Program-made: the position numbers and the translations under genes
Notes under the pieces: model-generated
Database searches by the model: none
Told to the model about the DNA's origin: nothing
What the model saw: the letters and a program-made list of their open reading frames with translations, nothing else
Assembly: GCF_030028105.1 (NCBI RefSeq)
Contig: NC_092392.1
Span: 40,099,628-40,163,627 of the forward strand
Source: Mobula birostris
Taxonomy: Eukaryota
Direction: 5' to 3'
Length of the DNA stretch: 64,000 bases
Part shown: piece by piece, positions 13,360-28,165 of the stretch
Numbering within the stretch: position 1 is the stretch's first letter
Layout: each line of letters opens with the position of its first letter

Positions 13360-13980
13360 AGGTGAAGTTGGGAGGTCAACAGTGAAAAGGGTAAGCAGAT
13401 TCAAGTTCCTGAGCACCAGCATGCAAGAGGATCTATCTTGTACCAAACACATTGTTGTAATCATGAAGAAAGACAACAGCAGCACTACTTCATTAGGAGT
13501 TTGAGGAGATTTGGTATGTCCCTGAACACTCTAGCAAATTTCTGTATATATATGGTGGAGACCATACCGATTGGCTGCACCACAACCTGGCACATCACCA
13601 CAAGAGGCCAAAGAGGTTTGTAGACTTAACAAGCTCCATCCCGTACCTAACCCTCCCTGTCATCGAGGACATCTTCGAGTTGCGATGCCTCAAGAAGGCG
13701 GCATTCACCATTATGGTTTCCCACCGCCCAGGACATACCCTCGTATGTTACTACCATCAGGGAGGAAGTACAGAAGCCTGAAGACCACAGTTAATATTTT
13801 AGGAACAGCTTCTTCCCCTCCACCATCAGATTTCTTAATGATCCATGAACCCATGATCACTACCTTATTATTCAACTTTTGCACTATTTTTGTAACATAG
13901 TAATTTTTATGTCTTGCACTGTACCGCTGCCACAAAACAATGAATTTCACAGTATATGTCATTTATAGTAAACTTGATTC
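13360..13980 (+). mobile_element. Rex1/Babar-type LINE 3' fragment
   Basis: VKRVSRFKFL, YFIRSLRRFGMS, LLPSGRKYRSLKT remnants. Confidence 0.78.
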
Positions 13981-14944
13981 TTATACAGTTCAGGACTAGC
14001 AGATCTTAGGAGTATTCGATGTTCACCCTATTAACACCCAACACTTTCCTTTCACTTTTTGTACGTGTTACATGGAATGATAATAAATTTTCCTGTGAAT
14101 CTGCTCAGTGAATGTGGAACGGGAAGTATGCAAGCACTCTAGATCCCAGCTCCACCTGCAAAGTTACTGACATTCTTGAACTTTGCTGTTCAGAGTCTCA
14201 AGTAGAAATCTAGCCAGCATCCGGGTTACAGTCCAAACACCTCATTTGCAATCCAAATCTCTGCTTCACATTCCAGATCAATGAACGAGTCAGATTTGTG
14301 AACAATCAGATGCTGAATTATTGGAGTTTTACTATGCATTAATAACAGCAACAGATAAATTGAGTATGCAGCTCTTAGTTTAGGCTACACAACCAACCTT
14401 TTAGTTCCACCTGGGAGTTTTCATAAACACATGAGAATGGATCTTCTGAAACAACATATGCAATTAATAAAATCTGCAGCCCAATGGAGGTCAAACAGAA
14501 TTTTCGTCAGGTTTAATATCACTGGCATACTTCATGAAATGTGTTGCTATACAGCAGCAGTACATCACAATACATTAAAAACTGTAAATTATGGTAAGAC
14601 GTATATATGTATTAAAAAGTTAAATTAAATAAGTAAAGCAAAAAGAGAAAAAATAAGTGAGGTAGCATTCACGGTTCAATGTCCATTCAGAAATCTGATA
14701 ACAGCAGAAGATATTCCTGAATCATTGAGTGTGTACCTTCAGGCTTCTGTACCTCCTCCCTGATGGTAGCAATGAGAAAAATGAGAAAAGGGTGATAGGG
14801 CTCCTTAATGATGGATGCCACCTTTTTGAGGCATTACTCCTCAGACAATATGAAAAATATGGCAATAGTGAAATGAACTAAAAGAAAAGGCTGCTTATGG
14901 CTGGATATAAAAAAAATATTGAGCTTGATTTATTGATGGGTATT

Positions 14945-15792
14945 TACTGTTGGTAGAATCTCAGATGGAGACAAGAGGAAGTACAGGAGTGAGATATGCC
15001 AACTAGTGGAGTGGTGTCGCAGCAACAACCTTGCACTCTACGTCAGTAAGACGAAAGAGCTGATTGTGGACTTCATGAAGGGGAAGACAAAGGAATACCC
15101 ACTAATCCTCATAGAGGGATCAGAAGTGGAGAGAGTGAGCAGTTTCAAGTTCCAGGGTATCAAGATCTCTGAGGATCTAATCAGGTCCCAAAATATCGAT
15201 GCAATTACAAAGGAATGACAGCAGCGATATTTAGTTAGGAGTTTGAAGAGATTTAGTATGTCAACAAATACACTCAAAAACTTCTATAGATGTACTGTGG
15301 AGAGCATTCTGCTAGGTTGCATCATTGTCTGGTACGGGGGTGGGGGCAGGACCAGAAGAAGCTGCAGAGGGTTGTAAATTTTGTCGGTTCCGTCTTGGGT
15401 ACTAGCCTACAAAGTACCCAGCGCATCTTCAAGGAGCGGAATCTCAGAAAGGCAGCATCCATTATTAAGGACTTCCAGCACCCAGGGCATGCCCCTTTCT
15501 CGCTGTTACCATCACACAGGAGTTACAGAAGCCTGAAGGCACACACTCAGCGATTCAGAACAGCTTCTTCCCCTCTGCCATCCGATTCCTAAATGGACAT
15601 TGAACCCTTGAACACTACTTCACTTTTTAGTATATATTATCTCTGGTTTTTGCACAATTCTTAATCTATTCAATAAACATATACTGTAATTGATTTACTT
15701 AAATTACTTTTTTCTTCTTCTATATTATGTATTGCATTGAACTGCTGCTGCTAAGTTAACAAATTTCAACACATAATAAACCTGATTCTGAT
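14945..15792 (+). mobile_element. Rex1/Babar-type LINE 3' fragment
   Basis: WCRSNNLALYVSKTKELIVDF, KAASIIKDFQHPGH, AATAAACCTGATTCTGA tail. Confidence 0.85.
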
Positions 15793-16808
15793 ATTGAAGA
15801 AAGCTAATCCTTATATCCAAAACAAAAATAAGATCGAAATCTGTAGTCAATGATAATGTTTAATCAAACATTATATAAAAGACTTGCCAAAAATAAGTTT
15901 TATTAAAAGAAGCTCATTGATAACAATAAGATGGTATTTTTGTAGTCAGTTATAAAATTAAGAAGAGCAGACTAATTGGAAACATGAACAATGTCCCAAT
16001 ATGTTTTAGAATGCTTCCAATATTCAATGGAGAGAAAACATTACAAAGGTCCAGGACATTCTGCTGTAGGGTTACAAAGATGGCAGAGGACACAATTAAT
16101 TCACTATTTTTTGTAGCATTACTTGGTACTAAAGGCCAAGAACTTAAAAAGAGAGGCACTAGTAGTTTCTGATTCATTTCGAGGTCAAGTATATGACTCT
16201 GTATGGAAACAGCCTTAAGACTGCAATTCTGCCCTGTTATTCCCTTTGGAATTACAGGAATTTCAGTCTTTTGATGTGGTAGTCAACAAATAGTTTAATG
16301 TTTGCATGAGTAAGAAATGGGTTGATTAGTTGTCAGAAGGGAGTTGAGTTTTAATCCAAAAGAAAACCTAAAAAGATTAGTTCTACATAGTGACTATCTT
16401 AGTTAAATTTTGGGAATTCATTGACCTATTAAGAACTTTGAGAAGACATGCATCTAATTAACTGGATGATAAATGGTGTGACATAGTTCTTTTAAGTCTG
16501 AGAATGATTAAAAAAATGATGAGAGGAGAAAATCTCAATGTTGCTTTACTTCATTGTAACATGGCATAAAGTGTTTGAAAAATGTAACTACAAGAATTCT
16601 TCAGGTTTTGAGTGAGATATAACTTTCAATATTGTATCTTTGTCATTGTTTAAGATTTGCTCAAACTGCACATTATAATATTTGCAAACAAGGAAACCTG
16701 CAGATGCTGGAATTTCAAGCAACACACATAAAAGTCGCTGGTGAACGCAGCAGGCCAGGCAGCATCTCTAGGAAGAGGTACAGTCAACGTTTCGGGCCGA
16801 TACCTTTT

Positions 16809-16844
16809 GTCCTGATGAAGGGTCTCGGCCCGAAACATCAACTG
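16809..16844 (+). ncRNA. Minimal type-I hammerhead ribozyme motif (Penelope pLTR-derived)
   Basis: CTGATGA(16812-16818)-A-GGGT-CTCG-GCCC-GAAAC-ATC: intact catalytic core with a 4-bp stem II; stems I and III partly decayed. Confidence 0.65.
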
Positions 16845-17380
16845 TACCTCTTCCTAGAGATGCTGCCTGGCCTGCTGCATTCACCAGCAACTTTTATGTG
16901 TGTTGATTATAATATTTGCTGCTATTTTTGTAATCAGCAATTCCAATATTGACGTTGAAATTTTAATGTTTAATCATATTTTAAACCATGGAATTATAAA
17001 GAATGAGCTTAACCTATACTCTTTAAAGATATTACAGCAAAGTGTTTTTTATTCTGTTCATGTCAGTAGCTTTGTACTTTATCCAGCTTTATAGGGATAT
17101 GTGATATGAATATGGTTTTCATTAACACATCACCCCTCCCCTCCCCATACTTCTGGGACTGGATCAGCAGCTACTTCAGAATCAGGTTTAGTATCACTTG
17201 ATCATGAAATTTGTTAATATTGCAGCAGCAGTACAACACAATACATGATAAATATAGAAAAAAAAACTGAATTATTGGAAAAGTAGTGCAAAAACTGAGT
17301 GTGTGCCTTCAGGCTTCTGTTAAAAATGATGCATTTCTTTAATATTTTAAAAAAGAAAACTTTTTTATTTCCATCTTTTA

Positions 17381-18090
<710 letters not shown>

Positions 18091-18141
18091 TGGGTGCTCT
18101 GAAACATAAATGCCTTAAGGACATAAAGAAAAACAAGAATT

Positions 18142-18147
18142 TTTATT
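18142..18147 (-). terminator. Candidate DUS4L polyadenylation signal (AATAAA)
   Basis: TTTATT on plus, ~470 nt downstream of the stop in AT-rich unique sequence, just before a Tc1 remnant. Confidence 0.45.
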
Positions 18148-18618
18148 TAAAATATCTGAATATAAACATTTTTATGATGGCAAACATTGACAATTCCAGT
18201 GAGATAAAAAGTTAAATCTTACTTGTAGGCAAGAGGACAATAATACTTCACAAATTGGAATAAAATTATATTTATCACCAAGTATAACCAAAGAAACATA
18301 ACATTTAAAAACTAGATTTAAGGAGAAATCAAATTCTATTTACTTTTCCAAAAAAATTGCATGAAAGGACAAAGTTCTCAATTCATATAAAATAGTTGAA
18401 GTGAAATCTCTTGAAATAACAGACTGCTGACAATCATGTTATTTTGAGCTCGAAAGACATGTAAATTCAAGCTACGGACTGTGGCTTATAAGGTTTGCAG
18501 GAGCTTTGTTTTCACACAGGGTCAAAGGCAGTCTAGATCTCCTCTCATATCCTTCAATTCCTTTTTCAAATATGTCTGTTGACAGATTGATGAAAAGAAC
18601 TGGTATTCATTTACAGGG

Positions 18619-18866
18619 TCATAAGCCATAATTCTCACCAAGGTAGTCTATCACAGCTGATGTACTTGAGAGCACATTAAAGATTTTCTTCTCTTGCTTT
18701 GAAGTTACTCTTTCCAACATGTACATTAAATGGTGATGAAAACAAGTGAACGGTGTTCCATGCTCCAAAGCAATGTCAACCCAATCCCGAACACATTGCC
18801 AAGGCGTTTCCTCATATCCTGAGTACATAGCAGGGTTTGCCAGAAGACCACGTGCAGCCATTACAC
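18619..18866 (-). CDS. DUS4L: DUS4L last coding exon
   Basis: VMAARGLLANPAMYSGYEETPWQC...ENYGL*, TGA at 18621-18619. Spliced CDS totals 948 nt (315 aa), open throughout. Confidence 0.96.
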
Positions 18867-19821
18867 CTGTAAGGAAACATAAATAATGCAACAATCCTAA
18901 AACTTGGAACACAAATCGAACTAATAGGGTCACAATAACTTTCCTGTCAAAAAGAAAATGGCAGGTGATGACAAAGAAGCCTCATGTACAAAACAAACTT
19001 GTGTTTCCTCAGAGGAATCCCATCTCCTATCTGGAACATGTCCTTGTCTCATTGCTACCATCAGGGAAGAGATACAAGAGCATGAAGACACACACTCAAC
19101 TATTCTGAAAGAGCTCTTTCACTCCGCCATCAGTCTTCTGAATGAACCCATGAACACTACCTCTTTTTTTTTTAGTAATTCATAGTAACTAGCTCTTTGC
19201 AAAACAAGAAATTTCACATCTTAGAAGACAGTGCTCATAAACCTGATTCTGATGCAGTACAGAAATTGTAATAATGTGGTCAAATGACATTAAGGAACTT
19301 ATTAAAAATGAAATACTTTCTAAAGTGTAGGATTTTTCTGGATATTATACTCAATTTAATTGAAGTATTTTTTGACCAATGAAAGTGATTATACAATTTC
19401 AAATCTAAAATAATGTAAATTTAGCTAAACAGCTAAAATACAGTTTTAAATAATTAGAAACATAAAAGAATTAAAATAAGGATTAGGATCTAGGACAGAT
19501 TCTCATAGGAAAGATACAATATAGAAAGAGGAATTTGCCTAAGAATTAGGGGATGATGGTAAGACCAGTAGGATAATGGGCATATGGGGAGACAGCTTCA
19601 CAGAATACATTAAACTGTTGGATTGAAGGGAGAAGGGGGTAAAACAAGAAGGGAAGGAATTATATTGACTCAACTTAGAAATGGGCACACTATGCCTAAT
19701 TATTCCTTATATCTGGAAAATATCACTCTGGGGTGTGTAGGTTTTGTCATCATTATGAAACAGTTGAACACATTCTTTTACATGGTTGAAAGAAAGCAAA
19801 TGCAGGTTGTACTTCTATCAC

Positions 19822-20190
19822 ACCTGGGGATACGAACTGACAATAAACTGGACTGGTTAAAGAACACTGAGGCTGTCTACAAGAAGGGTCAGAGCCGTCT
19901 CTATTTCCTGAGGATACTGAGGTCCTTAAACATCTACCCGACGATGCTGAGGATGCTCTACGAGTCTGTGGTGGCCAGTGGGAAGTCATTCCTGCCTGTG
20001 GCCATCAGACTTTACAACTCTTCCCTAGGAGGGTCAGACATCCTGAGCCAATAGTCCTGGACTTATTTCATAATTAACTGGCATAATTTACATATTACTA
20101 TTTAACTATTTATGGTTCTATTACTATTTATTATTTATGGAGCAACTGTAACGAAAACCAATTTCCCCCAGGATTAATAAAGTATGACTA
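19822..20190 (+). mobile_element. Rex1-like LINE 3' fragment with internal deletion
   Basis: KKGQSRLYFLRILRSLNI joined to KSFLPVAIRLYNSS. Confidence 0.75.
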
Positions 20191-20339
20191 TCTTGGGGGG
20201 GGGGGGGAGAGGTTTGATAGTTTTCATTTAAAACTAAGTTATTGAAGTGACTTAAATTCACAATATTGTCTTTCATTATTTACAATCTATAGGGCTTTCA
20301 GGGTAATTAAGTTTTCAGCCGGTGAGTCAGTATCCTGGC

Positions 20340-21549
20340 AAAAACTACACCAAACCATGAAGGCAAAAGAACACTCCAAGCAACTCCATGAAAAGGCTAC
20401 TGAAAAGCACAAATTGGGAGATGGACACAAGAAAATTTCCCAAGTCACTGAATATCCCTCGGAGTTAATTGTCTAGAAAGGGAAAGAATATGGCACAGGT
20501 GTAAATCTGCCTAGAGCAGGCCATTCTCAAAAACTGAGTGACGGTGCAAGAAGAGGATTGGTGAGGGAGGCCGCCAAGAGACCTATGACAACTCCAGAGG
20601 AGTTACAAGCTTCAGTGGCTGAGATGGGAAAGACTGCGCATACAACTGTTACCTGGGTGCTTCACCAGTTGCAGCTTTACGAGAGAGTGGCAACGAGAAA
20701 GCCACTGTTGAAAAAAAAACTCCCATGAAATCTCAGCTAGAGTTTGCTAGAAGGCATGTGGGAGGTTCTGAAGTAAGCTGGAAGAAGGTTCTATAGGCTG
20801 ATGAAACCAAAATTGAGCTTTTTGGTCATCAGACTAAACACTATGTTTGGTGTAAGCCAAACACCACACATCATCAAAAACACAACATTCCTACCATGAA
20901 GCATGGTAGTTGTTGCGTCATGCTGTGGGGATGTTATGCTGCAGCAGGCCAAGGAAGGCTTGTTAAGGTAGATGGTAAAATGAATGTAGCAACATACAGG
21001 GAAATCCTGGAGGAAATCTGATGCAGTCTGCAAGATGACTGCGACTTGGGAGAAGGTTTGTTTTCCAGCAAGACTATTACCCGAAGTGTAAAGCCAAAAT
21101 TACAGAGGAGTGGCTTAAAAACACCAAATGTCCTAGAGTGGCGAAGTCAGAGTCCAGACCTCAATCCAACTGACAATTTGTGGCTGGACTTGAAAAGGGC
21201 TGTTCATGCATGCAATCTGACAGAGCTTGAGCAGTTTTATTAAGAAGAATGGGGAAAAATTGCAGTGTCCAGAGATGAAAAGCTGATAGAGTCCTATCCT
21301 CACAGACTCAAGGCTATAATTGCTGCCAAAGGTGCATCTACTAAATACTGACTTGAAGGGGGTGAGTAATTTTGCAATCAATTATTCTGTATTTAATAAC
21401 TATAATAAACTTAGGCTAACTTTGACACTAAAGAGTCTTTTCTGTTGATCAGTATTAGAAAAGGCAAATTACATCCACTGTGATTCAATGTTGTAAAACA
21501 ATAAACCATGAAAACTTCCAAGGCAGGTGAATACTTTTTATAGGTATTG
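20340..21549 (+). mobile_element. Tc1-like transposon, 5'-truncated
   Basis: MKAKEHSKQL..., DETKIELFG, SQSPDLNPTDNLW remnants; right TIR ...GGTGAATACTTTTTATAGGTATTG followed by TA. Confidence 0.85.
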
Positions 21550-22019
21550 TACATTTTCCTTCTAATCCTTCCATCCATCTTTTTAAACATTTACTGTGTT
21601 TTTTAAACCCCTCTTTTCTTTATACTCATTAGGCCCAACATTTTATACCCTCCCCCTCTCTCCTATTAAGTCTTACCTAAACCTTTTCTGTTCTATTGAA
21701 ATCTGAAATCAACCTTAACTTATTCAATCTATTGTCAGAATTGTACTTTCCAGTCCTAGCAACATCCTTAAATCTCCCCTGCACCCTCTCCAATGTAATC
21801 ACACCTTTCTATATTGGTCAGCATGTATTCAATTGACTGAGTGGTCCTGTTCTGGATTGCTACAAGCATCCATGTTTCTATGAAAGCTTTGATTTCTTCT
21901 TTGTAACTCTATAATCATTGAAAGTGATGGAATCACCAGTCCCGTACCAGCTCAAATTTAGATTTAACAATCAATTTAGCAATATCAATGCTTCATTTAC
22001 ACCAACAAAGATTCCTTAC

Positions 22020-22246
22020 CATCAATCCCTGTCAGTTGATGTACAAGATCCACATCCTTACCGCTCCTGACATCCCCATTTGCTACCACTGGTATAGTTA
22101 AATTTTCTTTAATAATCTTGATCGCATCATAGTGGACTGGTTGATGTCGTTCTTCAGTTTCCCTGCCATGAACAGTAATCCAAGAGATTCCAGCTGCCTC
22201 AGCTTTTCGGCAGAGATCTACAGTTCTTGTTAGGTCTTTGTGCAAT
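22020..22246 (-). CDS. DUS4L: DUS4L coding exon 5
   Basis: LHKDLTRTVDLCRKAEAAGISWITVHGR...IPVVANGDV...TGID(G), with DUS motifs TVHGR and ANGD; AG/GT; 227 nt. Confidence 0.96.
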
Positions 22247-23563
22247 CTGCAATACCATCAGATCATAGAATACTACAGGTGAATTTAACCTACAGTAAAA
22301 CAGACAACATTTTCTGTCAGATAAAATAATAGCTAAAAGTAAACCAGTAAAACATAATTATATACCAAACAAAATCCAGCAAACACAAGTACTATTATTT
22401 TCTTAGATTCCACATTGAAATCTCAGCTTGGATAGCAACTTGTTCTTGGACAAGGTAAACTTTAATAAATACTTCATTAAAATAGTTGGTGACATTTTAA
22501 GATAGCTTAATTGTTAAGACAATACAATGTAAACAACTGTTAAGGAATTAATCATTTTGAAGGGGAGGAAAAATTCTTGCAGAGATTAGAACATGTCACT
22601 TTTGCCCTTCTAAAGATAAACTGATGTAAACCTTTTCCATTGTTTAGCACATAGATCTAAAAATTTCAGCTGCCCAGATACATAAATCTTTAAACTGATG
22701 GTTGATTATTAAGTAACTTCTGAAATAGAAATGCAATCCTATCTGTGTGTAACTGCTATGTTAACCACCATGCATCATAAACAGGGTGGACCAAACCCCA
22801 CCCAAACTTGTAAACTGATCTTCACAAAATTTTAGGACTGGTGCCAAAATTAGGAGAGTTAAACTATAGACAAGTCAAACAATAGCCCGACATTATCAAC
22901 CTCACAGAATTTCAATTTACAGACAGATGATGAAAGAGTAATTGGCCAGATCGAACTTGGGCTGTTTTTGTGACAGGACATAAAATGTTGCATAGATGCA
23001 GATTTTTTTACTGCCACATTTGGTAAAGGGTATTGAAGTTCTCTATTCAGCTTAAGTTCATGTTGCTTTGCTTCTACTAGGATTGAGAGTTAATGAGTGA
23101 CTATTTGTCAGCCAAGGGTGGGTTGCATTGATAACTAATGTCACTGCAATGTCTCATGAAGCCTACAGACAATTTCGGAATTTCAGGCTCACCTTCTCAC
23201 CCTCCCAAGTGCATAATCACAAAGCTACCAATTCTGGCAAACTTATAAGTGGAACACAAGATATTCAAGAGTTTGAAAAGGAGCAGTTAGAGATCTGCAA
23301 AGTTATATAAAATTCTGTGAGAAGGGCTCCAATCAATTTATTGCCTGACTGGGTTTTTTAATGCAAAAGCTAACTGACTTCAGATTTTGGATAGTTATGT
23401 GACATTTTCTTATGGGATTGGCCTTTAGTTGACCTTTACAATTTATGAATTTCATCTAATAAAATATCTTCCTATAATGTATTTTTTCAGTAAACCAAAA
23501 ATGGCTTGCAAGTTTATAACTATGTAATTTTAAACCCAAATTTATTTGCATTTTCAAAACTAC

Positions 23564-23686
23564 CTTATCTTAATGGAGACTGAAAACTCTGGGCATTCCA
23601 CTTGATTTCTAACTTTACGCACCATATCCTGAACCAATTCTGGTTTATTGATTAAGCAAGCACCATATCCTTCTGCCATTGCCCAC
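23564..23686 (-). CDS. DUS4L: DUS4L coding exon 4
   Basis: WAMAEGYGACLINKPELVQDMVRKVRNQVECPEFSVSIKI(R); AG/GT; 123 nt. Confidence 0.96.
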
Positions 23687-24489
23687 CTGAAAGAATGAAA
23701 TATATATATTAAGCATATTGATACGAATAATCCAAATAACTGTGAAGTCTGTATATATGGCCCACAAATTGTTTTTTTAAAAATGTAATTGACAAATGCT
23801 GCAGCAAAGCAGTTCATTTTAGATTTTCATACTAAGTACAAAATTAAAGAAACCTCTAACTAAAATGTTAAGCAAAAAATAATGACATTGGCAGCAACAT
23901 AATTTTAAAATACTAACAGAAGCAAAGAATGGGGAAACTACGCAACAGAGCCTTTGATTTTTCTACCTTTACATCAGATCAAAGCCAATTATCTCATACA
24001 CTTTCCAGTCTGACATCCACTACCCACAATTCATAAGATACAATTACAAAAGCTTCATTAAATTAGAGATTAAAACATTCAGTGAATGCCAATCTGCAAT
24101 ACTCCAGAAGATTTCAAGAGATTCAGATTTTTTCATCTTTGTGCAAATTCATGGACCACTTACCCCAAAACCATTATCCTGCCACTGTAAATTTCCTAGC
24201 TAGAGAAAAACGCCTCTCTGCATTGATGTGGTAATACGTTAAGTCAGAACTATTCAATATTCAAAAGAATAGTAGAATTATCCAATGTACATTGCTTAAA
24301 GGAACTCTAATTCTGATCAATTCAAAAGAATAAAATAAAACTGCATGCAATTGCAGGACAGGCTGGGAAAGTTGTCCACACATCCAGGAATGACGGGCCA
24401 GCACTTAATGTAGAGGCACCACTAGCATCCCAAAATAACAATGAAGATCAGGCATGGTGAAAGGAATATTGGATAAATTAAGAGATAAC

Positions 24490-27400
24490 TTGTTTGGTTG
24501 GAAGAACATTGTATTGGAGGGATAGCAAGGTAGGCAGAGGGGGTGGGGTGGTTCTGCTGGTAAAGAATGGCATCAAACTATTAGAAAGACGAGGCAGAGG
24601 ACTGAAAGATGTTGAACCTTTGTGGGTTAAGTTAAGAAACCGAAAGGGTAAAAGGACCCTGCAGGCCTCCAAACAGTAGCTGGGATGTGGACTACAGATT
24701 ACAATGGGAAATAGAAAAGGAAAAGGCATGTTAAAAGGGCAATGTTATGATAGTCATGGGAGATTTTAATATGCAGGTAGATTGGGAAAATCAGGTTGGT
24801 AACAGATCTCAAGAGAGTGAATTTGTTGAACGCCTACAAGATGGCTTTTTAGAGCAGTTTGTCGTTGAGCCTACTGGGGGATCAGCTATACTAGACTGGA
24901 TGTTAAGTAATGAACCGGAGGTGATTAGAGAGCTTAAGGTGAAGGATACCCTTGGGAAGCAGTGATCACAATATGACTGAGTTCAACTTGAAATCTGATA
25001 GGGAGAAAGTAAAGTCTGACGTAGCAGTATTTCAGAGTAAAGGAAATTACAGTGGTATGAAAGGAGTTGGCCAAAGCAAATTGGAAGGAGATGCTGGCAG
25101 GGATGACAGCAGAGCAGCAATAGCGTGAGCTTCTGTGAAGTATGATGAAGGTGCAGGATAGATGTATTTGGAAAACAAAGAAATACTCAAATGGCAAGAG
25201 TATAACCATGGCTGATAAGGGAAGTCAAACCTAACGTAAAAGCAAAAGAGAGGGCATACAACAAAGCAAAAATTAGCAGGAAGATAGAGGATTGGTAAGC
25301 TTTTAAAAACCTACAGAAAACTAAAAGAATCATTAGGGGAGAAAGATGAAATATGAAAGCAAACTAGCAAACAATATCAAGGTGAATAGAAAGATCTTTT
25401 TCAAATATATAACAATAAAAGAGACGAGAATGGATATAGGACCTCTAGAAAATGAGGCCAGAGAAATAATAATGGAAAGGAGATGGCAGATGAACTAAAT
25501 AAGCGTTTTGCATCAGTCTTCATTGTGGAAGACACCAACAGTGTGCTAGAAATGAGTGCAGTTACTAGTACAGGGGAGAAGGAGCTCAAAATGCTGAAAG
25601 ACCTAAAAGTGCATAAGTCATCAGACCAGATGAACGGCTACCTCTGAAAGAGGAAGTGATAGAGATTGTGGAGGCATTTTTCAAAAATCATTGGACTCTG
25701 GCATGGTTCCAGCAGAATGAAAAATTACAAATGTCACTCCACTCTTTGAGAAAGGAGGAAGGCAGCAGAAGGAAATTATAGACTAGTTAGCCTGATCTCA
25801 GTGGTTGGGAAGATGTTGGGAGTCAATTGTTAAGAAGGAGGTTATAGAGTACTTGGTGACACAGGACAAGATCGGCCAAACTCAGTATGGTTTCCTTACA
25901 GGAAAATCTTGCCTAATGAGCCTGTTGGAATTCTTTGGTGAGATTACATGTAGGATAGATAAATGGGATGCAGCCGATGTTGTAAGTTTGGACTTTCAGA
26001 ATTCCTTTGACAAGGTGCCACACATGAGACTGCTTACCAAATGTAGAGCTCATTGTATTACAGGAGAGTTACTGGCATGGTTAGAGCATTGGCTGATTGG
26101 TAGGAGGCAGCGAATAAGAAGAGTGAGAATAAAAGGATTCTTTTCTGGTTGGCTGCCAGTGACTAGTGGTGTTCCGTAGGGGTCAATGTTGGGACTGCTT
26201 CTTTTTATGCCGTATATTAATGATTTAAATGATGGAATAGATGGCTTTGTTGCCAAGTTTGCAGATGATGAAAAAGATTGGTGGAGGGGCAGGTAGTGTT
26301 GAGGAAACAGAGAAGTTGCAGAAGGACTTAGGCAGATTAGGAAAATGAGCAAGAAAATGGCAAATGAAATAAAATGTTGGAAAATGTATGGCCATGCACT
26401 TTGGTAGAAGAAATAAATGGGCAGACTTTAACTAAAAGGGGAGAAAATCCAAAAATCTGAGATGCAAAGGGATGTCCTGAGGGGCATGCCTTATTCTGAT
26501 TGTTGAAAGCCGCTTCAGTTGTGATTGGTTAGCTTAGAAGCTGCTGCTGCTTTTCCCGTTGTTTAGATGCCAAGAGTCCAGTTTCAAATATACTGGGTAT
26601 ATATAATAGCACATGGAAGGGGTTTGCTCTCTTCTTCCTTTGTTTAAGGTAAGAATGCACAAGATGATTGAGAAGATATTCCCTACATGTACTTTTAACT
26701 AAGTATGTTTGTTGAATGTACGCATATCTATTGAATATTCAGTTTTGTGGTGTCTGTAACTTGGGGAACATGAACGTTTGGTTGAATTTTTACTGTTTGT
26801 AAATAAATGATTAAATATACCTATTCGCTGAGAGACCTTTCCGTATCACTTGTCAGATCCAAGAACCTGATTCAACATTACAAGTGACTTGGGAGTCCTT
26901 GTAAAGAACACCCTAAAGGTTAACTTGCGGGCTGAGTCGGTGGTGAGGAAGGCAAATGCAAGCTTAGCATTCATTTCAAGAGGTCGAGAATATAAGAGCA
27001 GGGATGTGATGCTGAGGCTTTATAAGGCACCGGTGAGGCCTCACCTTGGGTATTGTGAACAGTGTTGGGCTCCTCATTAAGGAAAAGATGTGCTGGCTTT
27101 GGAGTATGTTCAAAGGAGGTTGACAAGGATGATTCTGGCAATGAAGGGGTTATCATGAGGAACGTTTGATGGCTCTGGGCCTGTACTCACTGGAATTTAA
27201 AAGGATGATGGGGATCTCATTGAAACCTTTCAAATATTGAAAGGACCAGACATAGTAGACGTGGAAAGAATGTTTCCCATGGTGGGGGAGTCTAGGACAA
27301 GAGGGCACAGCCTCAGGATAGAGGGATGGCCATTTAAAACAAAGGTGTAGAGAAATTTCTTTAGCCAGAGGGTGGTGTATTTGTGGAATTTGTATCCACA

Positions 27401-27595
27401 GGCAGCTGCAGAAGCCAGGTCATTGGCTGTGTTTTAGGCCAAGATGGATAGGTTCTTGATTGGCCATGGAATCAAAGGGGAGAAGGCTGGGGAGTGGGGT
27501 TGAGAAGGGGAAAAAAGGATCAATCGTGATTCAAAGGTGGAGCAGACTTGATGGGCCAAATGACCTAATTCTGCTTCCAGATGGTCTCCTGATCT
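24490..27595 (+). mobile_element. CR1-type LINE, decayed (EN and RT), interrupted by the solo LTR
   Basis: GRGGGVVLLVK, IVMGDFN, QYGFLTGKSCL, LDFQNSFDKVPH, VTSGVP, KFADD remnants; CR1-type 3' tail. Confidence 0.9.
26473..26882 (+). mobile_element. Solo LTR inserted in a CR1
   Basis: TGT...ACA ends; 5-bp TSD AGGGA/AGTGA splitting the CR1 sequence GCAAAGGGACTTGGG (uninterrupted at 32163-32177); ATTGG box, TATATATAA 26598-26606, AATAAA 26802-26807. Confidence 0.85.
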
Positions 27596-28165
27596 AACAA
27601 TCCACTCAATTGCAATATATCGAAACAGTGCAAATATAAAAAGGACAATCCATTCAGCTTTGAACATGGATTAGGCAAAATCAATCTCAACCTAGAATCC
27701 AAATATGGAGAACTGTAAAATAGACTAGTTAACCAACAGTCTGACATATCATTAAGAGCATCATGCCTCACCGATGGGTATGATCTATCTACTCACATGA
27801 TTGATTCACCAGAAAGGTCATGCTAGGAAGCAGCATTAGGTGCATCCAAAGTGAGCTAGCAACTTGGTGAAGCTGGAACACAGGACTTCATGCAAAAGCA
27901 GCATGCAATGGTCAATTAGTCGATCTCACAATTAATGTGCCAATTGAAGTCCTACCACATCTAACTTGTGAATGACAATCGACAAACAAACATTATATGG
28001 AATGATGATGGTGACACCCAGAAAGTGAATGATAAAGGCTCCTACACCCAAATTACCCACTAACACCCTTCAGTCAATTTAATCTACTCCATGTGATAGC
28101 AAGAGACTAGACATAGCAAAGATTGTGAAACCAGACAAAATTCTGGATATAGTGCGCAAAGTCTA

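Noticed and set aside
16720-16905. miRNA precursor or CRISPR-like repeat
   Set aside because: Fully explained by inverted Penelope terminal repeats; no repeat-spacer array, and the context is eukaryotic.
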